This document shows positions 17,195 through 25,048 of a stretch of 32,000 nt of DNA, piece by piece; position 1 is the stretch's first letter, and each line of letters opens with the position of its first letter. The translations under genes and the position numbers were made by a program. The DNA is from Candidatus Korarchaeum cryptofilum OPF8 (GTDB lineage: Archaea; Korarchaeota; Korarchaeia; Korarchaeales; Korarchaeaceae), in assembly GCF_000019605.1 (NCBI RefSeq), contig NC_010482.1, positions 510,001 to 542,000 of the forward strand, written 5' to 3'. The notes beneath the pieces are model-generated. The model searched no databases, had not been told where the DNA came from, and was given only the letters and a program-made list of their open reading frames with translations.

Positions 17195-17242
17195 AACTTA
17201 AAAATCAAGAGAGTTGCGGATGATCGCAACGCTTAAAAATTA
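17195..17242 (+). promoter_or_regulatory. candidate GRE promoter/operator: two identical TATA-like 9-mers flanking an inverted repeat
   Basis: CTTAAAAAT occurs at 17197-17205 and again at 17232-17240. Between the two copies lies GTTGCG-gatgat-CGCAAC (17213-17230). Confidence 0.4.
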
Positions 17243-17270
17243 TGAGGCGGGGCTTAAAGGAGGTGGGTCA

Positions 17271-19724
17271 ATGACTCTCACTACCCCCGAAGCCTCTTGC
17301 GAGGTCAAGATTTCGAAGGAAGTTGAGAAAAGGAGGAGTGTAATTAGGCCGATAAATGAGAGGATCGCTAGGTTGAGGGAGGAGAGTGTTAACGCTCAAG
17401 TTAAGGTATCCCTAGAGAGGGCTAAATTAATCACCGAATTTTACAAGAGCGATATCCCGAAGGGGAAATCGATCCCCGTGCAGAGGGCTCTCGCGTTCAA
17501 GTACCTTATGGAGAGAGTCAGCCTCCCCATCGAGGAGGGCCAGCTAATAGTTGGCCTCAGGGGGACTGGAGTTAAGGAAGTCCCGACTTACCCTGAGATA
17601 TGCGTCCACAGCCTCGAGGATCTCGAGATCCTCGATAAGAGGAAGAACATGCCCTACAAGGTAGATGAGGAGACCAAGGAGTTCTATGAGAGGGAAGCGA
17701 TACCCTTCTGGAGAGGCAGGGCCATGAGGGACATTATATTCGAGAGCTTACCCGAGGAGTGGATAGATGCCTATGAGGCAGGAGTTTGGACTGAGTTCAT
17801 GGAGCAGAGGGCTCCCGGGCACACTGCTGGCGGAGAGAGGATATTCAGGATGGGAGTCCTGGACATAAAGGAGCAGATAAGGAGGAAGATGGAATCCTTA
17901 GATCCCTCGGATCCCGAGTACTACGAGAAGATGGAGGAGCTCAAGGCCATGGATATAGTGGCTGATGCCATAATGATATACGCTAGGAGGTACGCTGAGA
18001 AATTGGAGCAGATGGCTAAGGAGGAGAAGGATCCTGAGAGGAAGAAAGAGTTAGAGCAGATGGCTGAAATATGCAGATGGGTACCAGCTCATGCTCCCAG
18101 AACCTTCTGGGAAGCTCTTCAGCATTACTGGTTCGTTCATGTGGGCGTTACTTATGAGACGAACCCCTGGGACTCTTTCAACCCGGGGAGGATAGATCAG
18201 CACCTCTATCCATTCTACAAGAGGGATATAGAGGAGGGAAGGCTAACTAGGGAGAGGGCCAAGGAGCTATTGCAAGCGTTCTGGCTCAAGTTCAACAATC
18301 AGCCAGCTGTCCCAAAGGTGGGGGTCACAGCTGAGGAGAGCTTCACCTACAACGACTTCTCCAAGCTTAACTTGGGAGGCCTGACGAAGGACGGGAAGGA
18401 CGGTGTCAATGAACTCTCCTACTTAATATTGGAGGTCCTGGATGAGATGAGGACACTCCAGCCCAATACTGCGGTTCTGATCAGTGAGAAAAATCCAGAT
18501 AGCTTCTTAATAAAGGCCCTCAAGGTAGTAGGCCCTGGATTCGGTGAGCCCCCCTTCTTCAATTTCGACGGAGTTATAGTGAAGATGCTGAGGCAGGGGA
18601 AGAGCCTGGAGGATGCCAGGACCTCTGGAGTGAGTGGATGCGTTGAATCTGGCTCCTTCGGGAAGGAGTGCTACATACTGACGGGTTACTTCAACCTGCC
18701 CAAGATACTGGAGATAACTCTCAATAATGGAGTGGACCCGAGGACCGGGAAGAAGATAGGCCTTGAGACAGGGGATCCGAGGGAGTTCAAGAGCTTTGAG
18801 GACCTTTGGAATGCTTTCATCAAGCAGGTGAAGTACTTCTTGGACATAAAGATGAAGGGGAATGATATAATCGAAGCTCTATACGCTAAGTACCTCCCAG
18901 TCCCGTTCCTCTCCCTCTGGATAGATGATTGCGTCGAGAAGGCGAAGGATTACAACGCCGGAGGAGCTAGGTACAACACTCAGTACATCCAAGTGGTCGG
19001 ATTGGGTACTATAACTGACAGCTTAGCTGCCATAAAGTACCATGTATTCGAGAAGGGAACCGTATCGATGTCGGAGCTCTTGGATGCGCTCTCAAAGAAC
19101 TTCGAGGGATATGAGTTCCTCAGGGAGATACTGAGAAATCCGGATAAGACGCCCAAATTCGGGAACGATGATGATTACGCTGACTCCATAGCTAAGGAAG
19201 TAGTCGATAGGATTGTGGAGCTTATAGAGAGCTATCCGAGGAGCCCCGTGAGGAAGGCATCGAGAAGAGCGTACTTCCTGCCCACGACAGTCCACGTCTA
19301 CTTCGGGAAGGTGACTGGAGCGACGCCTGATGGCAGAGTTGCGGGATTCCCAGTATCTGAAGGTATATCTCCAGTGCAAGGCATGGATAGGAGGGGCATA
19401 GCAGCCGTCTTCAGGAGCGTCGCTAAGTGCGATTGGGACAAGACTGGAGGGGCCCTCCTGAACCAGAAACTCACGCCTGATATATTTGATAATGAGGAGA
19501 ATTTGAGGAAGCTAGCTCAACTCATCAGAGCGTTCTTCAGGCTCGGTGGCCATCACGTGCAGTTCAATGTCGTCAGCGCTGAGCTCCTGAGGGAAGCTCA
19601 GAGGAGGCCTCAGGACTTCCAGGACCTCATGGTCAGGGTAGCCGGTTACAGCGACTACTTCGTCAACTTACCGAAGGGGCTCCAGGATGAGATAATAGAG
19701 AGGACCGAGCACAAATCCCTCTGA
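17271..19724 (+). CDS. glycyl radical enzyme, PFL2/glycerol-dehydratase-like (eliminase-type) family, substrate unknown
   Basis: The track ORF starts at TTG 17214. ATG 17271 is preceded by GGAGGTG (17259-17265) and lies downstream of the TATA-like boxes, giving 817 aa. The glycine-radical loop is FQDLMVRVAGYSDYFVNL (Gly codon 19644-19646). The thiyl loop is a single-Cys SGVSGCVESG (Cys codon 18639-18641, Glu at +2), not the CC pair of pyruvate formate-lyase. Confidence 0.9.
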   Translation: MTLTTPEASCEVKISKEVEKRRSVIRPINERIARLREESVNAQVKVSLERAKLITEFYKSDIPKGKSIPVQRALAFKYLMERVSLPIEEGQLIVGLRGTGVKEVPTYPEICVHSLEDLEILDKRKNMPYKVDEETKEFYEREAIPFWRGRAMRDIIFESLPEEWIDAYEAGVWTEFMEQRAPGHTAGGERIFRMGVLDIKEQIRRKMESLDPSDPEYYEKMEELKAMDIVADAIMIYARRYAEKLEQMAKEEKDPERKKELEQMAEICRWVPAHAPRTFWEALQHYWFVHVGVTYETNPWDSFNPGRIDQHLYPFYKRDIEEGRLTRERAKELLQAFWLKFNNQPAVPKVGVTAEESFTYNDFSKLNLGGLTKDGKDGVNELSYLILEVLDEMRTLQPNTAVLISEKNPDSFLIKALKVVGPGFGEPPFFNFDGVIVKMLRQGKSLEDARTSGVSGCVESGSFGKECYILTGYFNLPKILEITLNNGVDPRTGKKIGLETGDPREFKSFEDLWNAFIKQVKYFLDIKMKGNDIIEALYAKYLPVPFLSLWIDDCVEKAKDYNAGGARYNTQYIQVVGLGTITDSLAAIKYHVFEKGTVSMSELLDALSKNFEGYEFLREILRNPDKTPKFGNDDDYADSIAKEVVDRIVELIESYPRSPVRKASRRAYFLPTTVHVYFGKVTGATPDGRVAGFPVSEGISPVQGMDRRGIAAVFRSVAKCDWDKTGGALLNQKLTPDIFDNEENLRKLAQLIRAFFRLGGHHVQFNVVSAELLREAQRRPQDFQDLMVRVAGYSDYFVNLPKGLQDEIIERTEHKSL

Positions 19725-19735
19725 GAGGAGTCAGC

Positions 19736-20635
19736 TTGAGCGGGATGATATTCGATATCCAGAGATTCGCGATACACGACGGTCCAGGGATAAGGACCAA
19801 TGTATTCCTGAAGGGATGCCCCTTACGCTGCTGGTGGTGCCAGAACCCGGAAGGGATAAGCCCAAAGCCGCAGATAATGTACTTCGAATATAAGTGCCTC
19901 CACTGCCACCTCTGCGTCGATGTATGTCCTCTGCAAGCTATAAGGATAGATAAGGGGGACGTCCACATAATAGATAGGGAGCTCTGCGATGCCTGTGGGA
20001 AGTGCAGCGATAACTGCCCATCTAACGCTCTGAAGTTGGTCGGAAGGGAGTATAGCGTCGAGGAAGTGATGGAGGAGATAAGGAAGGATGTGACCTTCTT
20101 CGATTCCTCGGGAGGAGGGGTCACCTTCACCGGAGGGGAGCCCTTCTTCCAACCCCTCTTCCTCAAGGGGCTGCTCGAGGCTTGCAAGGCTGAGGGCATA
20201 CACACGGTAGTGGAGACCTCCGGATTCGTGTCCAGGGAGATATTGAGGAAGCTGATGCAGTACATAGATCTCTTCTATCATGACATAAAGCTGTTCGATG
20301 ATGAGAGCAGCTCGCTATACACCGGAGTCCCGAGCAAGCCGATCTTAGATAACATGAGGTTCCTGAGTGAGAGCAAGAGGAATATGGTGATCAGGTTCCC
20401 TGTGATACCGACTATAACGGATACAGAGGAGAATATAAGGGGAATAGCCGGCTTTTTATCGACCTTGAGGGTTGAGGAGATACATCTACTCCCCTTCCAC
20501 GACGTAGCTGAGAAGTACGCCAGGCTGGGCATGCCATATAAGATGAGGGTGCATGAGGCACCGAGTAGGGAGAGGCTGAAGGAGATAAAGGAGGTATTCG
20601 AGGGCATCGGGCTGAAAGTAGTGCTATATGGTTGA
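19736..20635 (+). CDS. glycyl radical enzyme activating enzyme (radical SAM with two auxiliary ferredoxin-type clusters)
   Basis: 299 aa from TTG 19736, with GAGGAG at 19725-19730 upstream; ATG 19745 is an alternative. It has CX3CX2C (CPLRCWWC), two CX2CX2CX3C motifs (CLHCHLCVDVCP and CDACGKCSDNCP) and the SAM motif GGGVTFTGGEP. There is an 11-nt gap after the GRE stop. Confidence 0.92.
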   Translation: MSGMIFDIQRFAIHDGPGIRTNVFLKGCPLRCWWCQNPEGISPKPQIMYFEYKCLHCHLCVDVCPLQAIRIDKGDVHIIDRELCDACGKCSDNCPSNALKLVGREYSVEEVMEEIRKDVTFFDSSGGGVTFTGGEPFFQPLFLKGLLEACKAEGIHTVVETSGFVSREILRKLMQYIDLFYHDIKLFDDESSSLYTGVPSKPILDNMRFLSESKRNMVIRFPVIPTITDTEENIRGIAGFLSTLRVEEIHLLPFHDVAEKYARLGMPYKMRVHEAPSRERLKEIKEVFEGIGLKVVLYG

Positions 20636-21608
20636 GCTAGAAAAGATTATCTATTCCTTCAGCCCGGATGAGAGTATGGACTTCAAGGAGATTAGCGATA
20701 GGATAGCATCGATGGTCTCGGAGATAGCTGAGAGCGTGGTCACGGTATACACTACAGTTCCTGAGATCTCCTTCTTCTTCGGCCCAAAGGTCCTGCATGG
20801 AGCTGGCTCTGGTTTCATCGCGAGGAAGGGCATGGTCGTGACTAACGCTCACGTAGTTGCTAGAGCGAAGGAGATAAATGTAGTTTTCAGCGAAGGTTCG
20901 AGCTCAAGGGGCAAGTTGAGGGCCCTAGATACCATGAGGGACCTAGCCTTAGTCGAGGTAGACTCAGACCTTCCTCCCCTGAGGATGGGCGATTCCGATA
21001 GCGTTAGGATAGGTGAGCTGGTCTTCGCAGTGGGTTCGCCCTTGGGGTTGACAGGGACTTCAGTTTCCATGGGCGTCATAAGCGCGGTCGGGAGAGCTAT
21101 AATAGATGAGGCGAGCGGCATCTACTTAGATGATCTACTCCAGACGGATGCAGCTATAAACCCGGGGAACAGCGGAGGACCGATAGTTAATTGCGGGGGA
21201 GAGGCCGTAGGCGTAGCCACTGCAATAGTACCATTCGCTCAAGGCATAGGGTTCGCGATCCCCATAAACTCCGTGAAGAGGTTCCTCTCGATGATAGAAA
21301 AATATGGGAGACCGATAAGGGCATGGATAGGGGTCTTCGTCGCACCATTGAACCCGAATATATCCCAGATGTACGGTATACCACAGAGGGAGGGGCTCAT
21401 AGTCGTTCAAGTCATCCCGAGATCGCCCGCAGCATCTAAGGGCATAAGGCCGGGGGATGTCATAGTCGAGGCGGCCGGAAGGAAGTTAATTAAAGCGAGT
21501 GACCTGAGGAATGCCCTAGAAGATAACTACGGTTCGGATTGCGTTAACCTCAAGGTATACAGGGATGGGAGCTCATTCGAAGTCTGCGTCCCCTTAATCG
21601 TGGAGTGA
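20628..21608 (+). CDS. HtrA/DegP-family serine protease with PDZ domain, no signal peptide
   Basis: 326 aa. ATG 20628 overlaps the activase stop (TGA 20633-20635). Triad contexts are [14 protein letters not shown] and GNSGGP. A PDZ-like segment reads [29 protein letters not shown]. The N-terminus [25 protein letters not shown] is hydrophilic. Confidence 0.9.
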   Translation: MVELEKIIYSFSPDESMDFKEISDRIASMVSEIAESVVTVYTTVPEISFFFGPKVLHGAGSGFIARKGMVVTNAHVVARAKEINVVFSEGSSSRGKLRALDTMRDLALVEVDSDLPPLRMGDSDSVRIGELVFAVGSPLGLTGTSVSMGVISAVGRAIIDEASGIYLDDLLQTDAAINPGNSGGPIVNCGGEAVGVATAIVPFAQGIGFAIPINSVKRFLSMIEKYGRPIRAWIGVFVAPLNPNISQMYGIPQREGLIVVQVIPRSPAASKGIRPGDVIVEAAGRKLIKASDLRNALEDNYGSDCVNLKVYRDGSSFEVCVPLIVE

Positions 21609-21986
21609 CTCCCTGTAAGCTATAGCCACTATCTCAACTAAAGCGTTCTTGGGCAGGGCTGCAACTTGAATAGTCGCTCTGGCTGGCTTGCTCTCCGAGA
21701 AGTACTCGCTATATACCTCATTGAATTCATTGAAATGGGATAGATCCTTGAGGAAGACCGTGACATTGACCACATCCTTGAGGGAGCACCCGGCTTTCTC
21801 AAGGACAGCCTTTATGTTCTCCAGGACCCTCCTGGTCTGCTCCTTTATACCGCCATCGACGAGCTCGCCGGTCTTCGGGTCGATGGGTATCTGACCAGCT
21901 AGGAAGACGAAGTTGCCCGCTATAACGGCCTGACTATAGGGGCCTATGGGCTTCGGGGCCCTGTCAGTAAATACGTACTCCACCAT
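21594..21986 (-). CDS. ridA: RidA/YjgF/TdcF-family reactive-intermediate deaminase
   Basis: 130 aa. It contains [29 protein letters not shown] and [19 protein letters not shown]. An AGGTGG Shine-Dalgarno-like element lies 5 nt upstream of the ATG. Confidence 0.9.
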   Translation of the reverse strand: MVEYVFTDRAPKPIGPYSQAVIAGNFVFLAGQIPIDPKTGELVDGGIKEQTRRVLENIKAVLEKAGCSLKDVVNVTVFLKDLSHFNEFNEVYSEYFSESKPARATIQVAALPKNALVEIVAIAYRESLHD

Positions 21987-22017
21987 GGGACCACCTAGCT
22001 GGTGGGGGATTGAAGGA

Positions 22018-23238
22018 TTAAAACATGACCTGGCTGAACTCCAGTCCCATGCCCCTCAGCCTAGATATGAGGAGGTCAGCGTACTCCCTGCCGGGGACCT
22101 CGAGCACTAGCGTGACTTGAGTCATGCCAGGATGTATGAGCGGGTTCAACCTCTCATGCTCGATCTCAACTATGTTGAAGCCTAGCTCAGCAACTACATC
22201 GATGACCCTCTTCAGCTGCCCCGGTCTCTCGGGCAGGACCCCCATCACCTTTATCTGCCTTCCCTCGAGCAGTAAGACCCTGTTCATTATCCTATCCAGC
22301 ATCGATGGATCTATATTACCACCGGAGAGGACGCAGACGACCCTCCTCCCCTCCAGCCTAAGCTTCCCAGATAGTAGAGCTGCTACCGGGAGCGCCCCAG
22401 CTCCCTCAACGACGGTTTTCTCCCTCTCCAATAGTAGGAATATAGCTCTAGCTATCTCCCTATCGTCGACTAATACTATATCGTCAACGAACTCCCTCAT
22501 GATCTTCAGGGTCAATTCCCCCGGCCTCTTAACTATAACGCCATCGGCGATACTGTAAGCTCTATCGGTCTCCACGATCCTTCCCTCCCTGAAGGAGAGA
22601 TAAGAGGAGGGAGCTCCAGCCGGCTGAACCCCTATTACTTTTGCATTGGGCTTCAATCTCTTGACAGCTATAGCTATCCCGGATATGAGGCCCCCTCCAC
22701 CCACCGGCACTATGACGGCATCGAAATCCAGATCGCTTATCTCCAATCCTATAGTGCCCTGCCCAGCTATTATCTCGGGATCATCGAAGGGATGTATGAA
22801 AGGTATCCCCTCCTCCTTGGAGATCTCCATAGCTTTAAGATAAGCATCGTCGTAAGTCTCCCCGTGGAGGATCGCCTCGCCACCGTAGCCCTTAACGGCA
22901 TTCACCTTGAAGAAGGGCGTATACTTCGGCATCACTATCTTGGCTTTCATACCCAGGAGGCTAGCTGAATAAGATACCCCCTGCGCGTGGTTTCCGGAGC
23001 TAGCCGCGACGACGCTCTTAACTCCCCTCATCTTGCTCATCTTGTAATAAGCCCCCCTAACCTTGAAGGATCCAGTCCTCTGGAAGTTCTCCATCTTCAG
23101 GAATACCTCCGCTCTCGACAGCTGCGATATAGCGTCGCTGATCATGACAGGTGTCTTGCGTATCACCGGCTCCAAGCAGCTGCTAGCTTCCTTTATCATA
23201 CTGAAGATCTCCTCGGGGTTCATAGGGATCCTGATCAT
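22018..23238 (-). CDS. ilvA: threonine ammonia-lyase (threonine dehydratase) with one C-terminal ACT-like domain
   Basis: 406 aa. The PLP-Lys motif is GSFKVRGA, with SSGNHAQG and VGGGGLISG. The regulatory-domain-like C-terminus spans about 80 aa. A TATA-like element sits immediately upstream, so ATG 23223 (MNPEE...) may be the real, leaderless start. Confidence 0.9.
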   Translation of the reverse strand: MIRIPMNPEEIFSMIKEASSCLEPVIRKTPVMISDAISQLSRAEVFLKMENFQRTGSFKVRGAYYKMSKMRGVKSVVAASSGNHAQGVSYSASLLGMKAKIVMPKYTPFFKVNAVKGYGGEAILHGETYDDAYLKAMEISKEEGIPFIHPFDDPEIIAGQGTIGLEISDLDFDAVIVPVGGGGLISGIAIAVKRLKPNAKVIGVQPAGAPSSYLSFREGRIVETDRAYSIADGVIVKRPGELTLKIMREFVDDIVLVDDREIARAIFLLLEREKTVVEGAGALPVAALLSGKLRLEGRRVVCVLSGGNIDPSMLDRIMNRVLLLEGRQIKVMGVLPERPGQLKRVIDVVAELGFNIVEIEHERLNPLIHPGMTQVTLVLEVPGREYADLLISRLRGMGLEFSQVMF

Positions 23239-23273
23239 GCATCATTAATAAAATTTCCAATTCGGCGAGGGGC

Positions 23274-24269
23274 TCACCCTAACTTAATCCCGCCCTCCTC
23301 ATCCACGCAGATATTAACCTCCGCGTAACCTATATGCCATATCTTGGACTTGCCGGAGCTCTCGGCAGCTGAGTAATAGAGGGCGTAATGCCTGCACCCC
23401 CCTATCTCTTCCAGCAGGATGGCGGAGCTGCGATAGATTACGAAGCTATCCCAGCCTTTAGATGAGGGTGCGAGCACTGGGAAGGAGCTCAAGTTCCATT
23501 CGATCCCATCCTTACTCGTAGCGAAGTAGAGTTCCCCCTCCCTCAATCCCTTCCCCCTGTTTATCAGGACGATGAAGGCATCGTAACCTTCCTTGACCTT
23601 CACGACATCCAAGTGCCATATATTCTTATCATGGGGGACGCCGTTCACTCTGCACTTCAGGGGCTCGCTCCAGGGCCCAAGAGGGGATGACGCCGTCCTC
23701 AGTTTTATTACGTTAGGCTCGGGCCTTATATCGACGTACCACATCTTGTATAATTTATCGCGCACTACCGCCGGAGATATGAGTGTCTCGGAGTTCCCCT
23801 CCAGTATGGGGATCTTCTCGCTCCATCTAATGCCATCTATCGAGTACTTCGCATATATTCGCTCCTCAAGCTTATAGGACCACCTGAAGAAGAGCCAGAG
23901 CCTCCCCCTCTCATCCAAGAAGATATCGGGATCTGAATAGTGGCCCTGGCTCGGAGCTCGCTCCAACGGATTAATTAGACCTTTAGGCACCTGCCAGTTC
24001 TTCCCATCATTACTTGCAACTATAGATGGATTCTCATATATGCTTGAGCCGTTAGGATATGGGGTGAAGGCCATCCAGTACCTGTAGCCTCCGATGGGGT
24101 TCTTGAGGAGGAGCACATCCGGGTGCATCGCCTGGCCGGACCCATCGTAAGTCGGTATATTCAGCATGAACCTAGGGGAGCCAGTGTCCCTTATGAGCGG
24201 GATGAGGAGGAATAGCACAATCAGGTAAAATATGAATCTGGCCTTCACCCCTCTCCTCAGCATAATCAC
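23274..24269 (-). CDS. membrane-anchored beta-propeller protein (glycoside-hydrolase-like, GH43/32/68-type fold suspected)
   Basis: 331 aa from GTG 24269; ATG 24263 is likelier. It has an N-terminal anchor FIFYLIVLFLLIPLI. Repeated Asp-box-like blades are SNDGKNW, SIDGIRW and SKDGIEW. The HPDV...YWMAFTPYP...ENPS segment recalls uncharacterised propeller proteins from glycan loci. Confidence 0.55.
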   Translation of the reverse strand: MIMLRRGVKARFIFYLIVLFLLIPLIRDTGSPRFMLNIPTYDGSGQAMHPDVLLLKNPIGGYRYWMAFTPYPNGSSIYENPSIVASNDGKNWQVPKGLINPLERAPSQGHYSDPDIFLDERGRLWLFFRWSYKLEERIYAKYSIDGIRWSEKIPILEGNSETLISPAVVRDKLYKMWYVDIRPEPNVIKLRTASSPLGPWSEPLKCRVNGVPHDKNIWHLDVVKVKEGYDAFIVLINRGKGLREGELYFATSKDGIEWNLSSFPVLAPSSKGWDSFVIYRSSAILLEEIGGCRHYALYYSAAESSGKSKIWHIGYAEVNICVDEEGGIKLG

Positions 24270-24293
24270 TCAAGTCGTTGAAAAATTAAAAAA

Positions 24294-24596
24294 TTAGGGG
24301 GTCTCACCCTTCAGCTCCCTGAGCCTCTCCTCGATGTACTTCAGCTGCTCCCTGATGCCTCTTTCCAGCTCCTCGAGGTATTTAATCTCCTCTTCCTTGC
24401 TGGGGAAAGTCTCCTTTATCCAGGAGCTAGGAGGAGCTCTGTAGTACCAGAAAGGCCAGCAACGCCCTCTAAAGACCCATCCAGGCCTCTCCCAGGGAGG
24501 AAGGTAGCTGAAGGGTCCATGACCCGGCCAGGGCCCCCAACCTCTCCACCAGCCTCTTCCCCAACCCATACTACCACCATATGAAATATGTTCCAT
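24294..24596 (-). CDS. Trp/Gly/Arg/Pro-rich small protein with C-terminal coiled coil (DUF5320-like)
   Basis: 100 aa from ATG 24596. The TATA-like AAGTTTAAATATTT (24597-24610, minus strand) abuts that ATG, so ATG 24569 (MGWGRGWW..., 91 aa) is the more likely start. There are 10 Trp in about 50 residues. The C-terminus reads EEEIKYLEELERGIREQLKYIEERLRELK. Confidence 0.7.
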   Translation of the reverse strand: MEHISYGGSMGWGRGWWRGWGPWPGHGPFSYLPPWERPGWVFRGRCWPFWYYRAPPSSWIKETFPSKEEEIKYLEELERGIREQLKYIEERLRELKGETP

Positions 24597-24617
24597 AAAT
24601 ATTTAAACTTTTCCATG

Positions 24618-25004
24618 TCATCCGATGGACTCGCTCTCGCATTCATGCCCGCATTCCCCATCCTCGCACGGCTCCCTTATCTCCTCGAGCTTCCCCTCAG
24701 CTAAAGATTTCAGGGCATCGCTGACACTCATCCCAGCAGCTCTATATACTCTGATTCCATATTCCAATAGGTGGCTCAGGGCCCCGGGCCCGATACCGCC
24801 CACGATCACAGCATCAATCCCTCTTCTAGCCAGGGCTTCGGATAGGGCCCTTCCACCTCCTCTCCCAGCTCCATGCGGGTTCTGGATGACCTCAACGGAT
24901 TCCATATCATCCAGATCCACTATCGTCACAGTCCTGGCCCTGCCGAAATGGTAGCTCACCCTATCCTGGAGGCCCCCCTCATCCGTGAAGACAGCCACTC
25001 TCAC
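24618..25004 (-). CDS. NifX/NifB-C-terminal-like (dinitrogenase FeMo-cofactor-binding family) protein
   Basis: 128 aa from a GTG start. The segment MRVAVFTDEGGLQDRVSYHFGRARTVTIVDL...VIVGGIGPGALSHLLEYGIRVY matches the small Nitro_FeMo-Co-type fold family. It has an acidic Cys-containing tail, EPCEDGECGHECESE. Confidence 0.75.
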   Translation of the reverse strand: MRVAVFTDEGGLQDRVSYHFGRARTVTIVDLDDMESVEVIQNPHGAGRGGGRALSEALARRGIDAVIVGGIGPGALSHLLEYGIRVYRAAGMSVSDALKSLAEGKLEEIREPCEDGECGHECESESIG

Positions 25005-25048
25005 GCTATCACCCCTGAAATATATTTCACAAATATTTAATATTTTCT
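25005..25048. promoter_or_regulatory. 44-bp bidirectional AT-rich promoter region
   Basis: GAAATATATTTCACAAATATTTAATATTTT lies between divergent starts GTG 25004 (minus strand) and ATG 25049 (plus strand). It contains two TATA-like elements. Confidence 0.45.

Noticed and set aside
17271-19724. Annotating the GRE as pyruvate formate-lyase (PflB/PflD)
   Set aside because: The thiyl loop has a single Cys followed by Val-Glu (GCVES) instead of the adjacent Cys-Cys pair required for PFL/TdcE chemistry. It fits the dehydratase/lyase group instead.
19663-20281. 200-aa and 152-aa minus-strand ORFs opposite the activase gene
   Set aside because: The same applies to 6167..6640(+), 22124..22558(+), 25441..25815(-), 26246..26641(-) and 29308..29658(+). 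All are antisense to genes with strong family motifs. They are Ser/Pro/Leu-rich and low in complexity, with no promoter or Shine-Dalgarno context. These are typical shadow ORFs.
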